A stretch of DNA of 15,864 nt, taken from contig JBIIGV010000067.1 of NCBI GenBank assembly GCA_044236265.1, forward strand, positions 1 to 15,864, in the 5' to 3' direction. The notes under the pieces are model-generated. The model was not told the origin of the DNA and did no database searches. It saw nothing but the letters and a program-made list of their open reading frames with translations. Origin of the DNA: Oligoflexales bacterium. GTDB lineage: Bacteria; Bdellovibrionota_B; Oligoflexia; Oligoflexales; RGVZ01. Below, piece by piece: positions 14,963-15,864 of this stretch (its first letter is position 1; the number at the start of each line of letters is the position of its first letter). The translations under genes were made by a program, and so were the position numbers.

Positions 14963-15864
14963 ATGAGCAACACATTTAAATTGCGAAATGGGCGTATTCT
15001 TTTGTCCACAGAGGCCCCTGGAGGCATTTACAACTCATCACAACTTAAAAAAATAGCCGCCCTGTGCGATGGGGACTCCGTAACTGTAAAAGCCACAGAA
15101 GATCAACGCCTGGCTCTTATTGTTAATCCAGATAAGGCAGCGTTCGTTGCGTCGGAACTCAAGTCGATGGGACTCGGCGTGCGCCATTATCAAGATGGTC
15201 TTCATCAACCAGTTTCATGCATTGGGGAGCTTTGCGAGTTTCACGAGCAAGATGCTTTGGGAAGCGCGCTCGATGTTTCAGCAGAATTGGAAGGAATAAA
15301 ACTAAAAAGCCCTCTAAAAATTGGAATTAATGGATGTGCCAAGTGCTGTGTGCCATGTCATACGCTGGATGTTAGCGTTGTTGGCGACACAAATGGCTAC
15401 CGCCTCTCACTCGGAGGAAAAAGCTCACAGTTCCCTGAAGTTGCTGGATTTGTTGCAGAAGGCATTCCACCTACCGAAATCGCACGACTGGTTAGGGCGG
15501 TGGTTGATATCTATCGTCAAAATGCCAACGAGGGCGAGTCTCTTCAAGAATTGATCGATCGTGATGGTTTAACTTCATTTATACAGGCCTTGGCACCATA
15601 TAGTCAGGACGCGGCAACCTCTGAAGATCCATTTGATCCGAGCCTCAAAGCAGAGGTTCCAATGCAGGACGACGTAGCAACCATAGACGGCCCTGCTCCA
15701 ATCGATGCCGAGACAGAGTTTGCGGCTGGGTCGAGCGCGTCCGAAATGACTATGAATTCAGCCGAACAAGGGGATGAGGCGCTGCATGCTCTGACGCATG
15801 AAGAATCTGAATCCAACCCGCAGGGGCTAGAGGGATCAGTAGACGCGGACATAGCTCCACGTGC
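14963..15864 (+). CDS. Nitrite/sulfite-reductase-like protein (ferredoxin-like half domain plus 4Fe-4S domain) with an acidic tail; runs off the window end
   Basis: Manual translation, open to the window end: MSNTFKLRNGRILLSTEAPGGIYNSSQLKKIAALCD...KATEDQRL...VSCIGELCEFHEQDALG...LKIGINGCAKCCVPCHTLDVSVVGDTNGYRLSLGGK...GESLQELIDRDG. AGGGA SD and an in-frame upstream TAG at 14951. Confidence 0.82.
   Translation, partial: MSNTFKLRNGRILLSTEAPGGIYNSSQLKKIAALCDGDSVTVKATEDQRLALIVNPDKAAFVASELKSMGLGVRHYQDGLHQPVSCIGELCEFHEQDALGSALDVSAELEGIKLKSPLKIGINGCAKCCVPCHTLDVSVVGDTNGYRLSLGGKSSQFPEVAGFVAEGIPPTEIARLVRAVVDIYRQNANEGESLQELIDRDGLTSFIQALAPYSQDAATSEDPFDPSLKAEVPMQDDVATIDGPAPIDAETEFAAGSSASEMTMNSAEQGDEALHALTHEESESNPQGLEGSVDADIAPR

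Noticed and set aside
61..15852. Remaining short ORFs in the track that are nested in or antisense to the major genes
   Set aside because: They have no recognisable motifs and are explained as alternative-frame shadows of well-supported CDSs.

Overview
A bacterial chromosomal window that is mostly housekeeping and stress genes; the gene repertoire suggests Bdellovibrionota/Oligoflexia or a relative (inference only). In order: a K+-dependent membrane pyrophosphatase (hppA, -); a small Lys-rich histone H1-like protein (-) with a terminator; an ~800 nt intergenic region holding a candidate ~450 nt highly structured ncRNA (+); an SMC/Rad50/YhaN-like coiled-coil protein with degenerate ATPase motifs (-); pyrD and an HD-domain phosphohydrolase (+); a PrkA/YeaG-type ATPase coupled to a single-domain response regulator (-); a PIN-PhoH protein; a stand-alone infC; an XRE-HTH protein fused to an ImmA/IrrE-like domain lacking HExxH; and a partial nitrite/sulfite-reductase-like protein (missing from the ORF track) behind a sigma28-type promoter. 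No mobile element, CRISPR array, tRNA or rRNA is evident. The most interesting signal is the nested multi-helix RNA at ~2860-3340, lying between the H1-like gene and the SMC-like gene. All family assignments come from motifs recognised by eye; no searches or folding programs were run.
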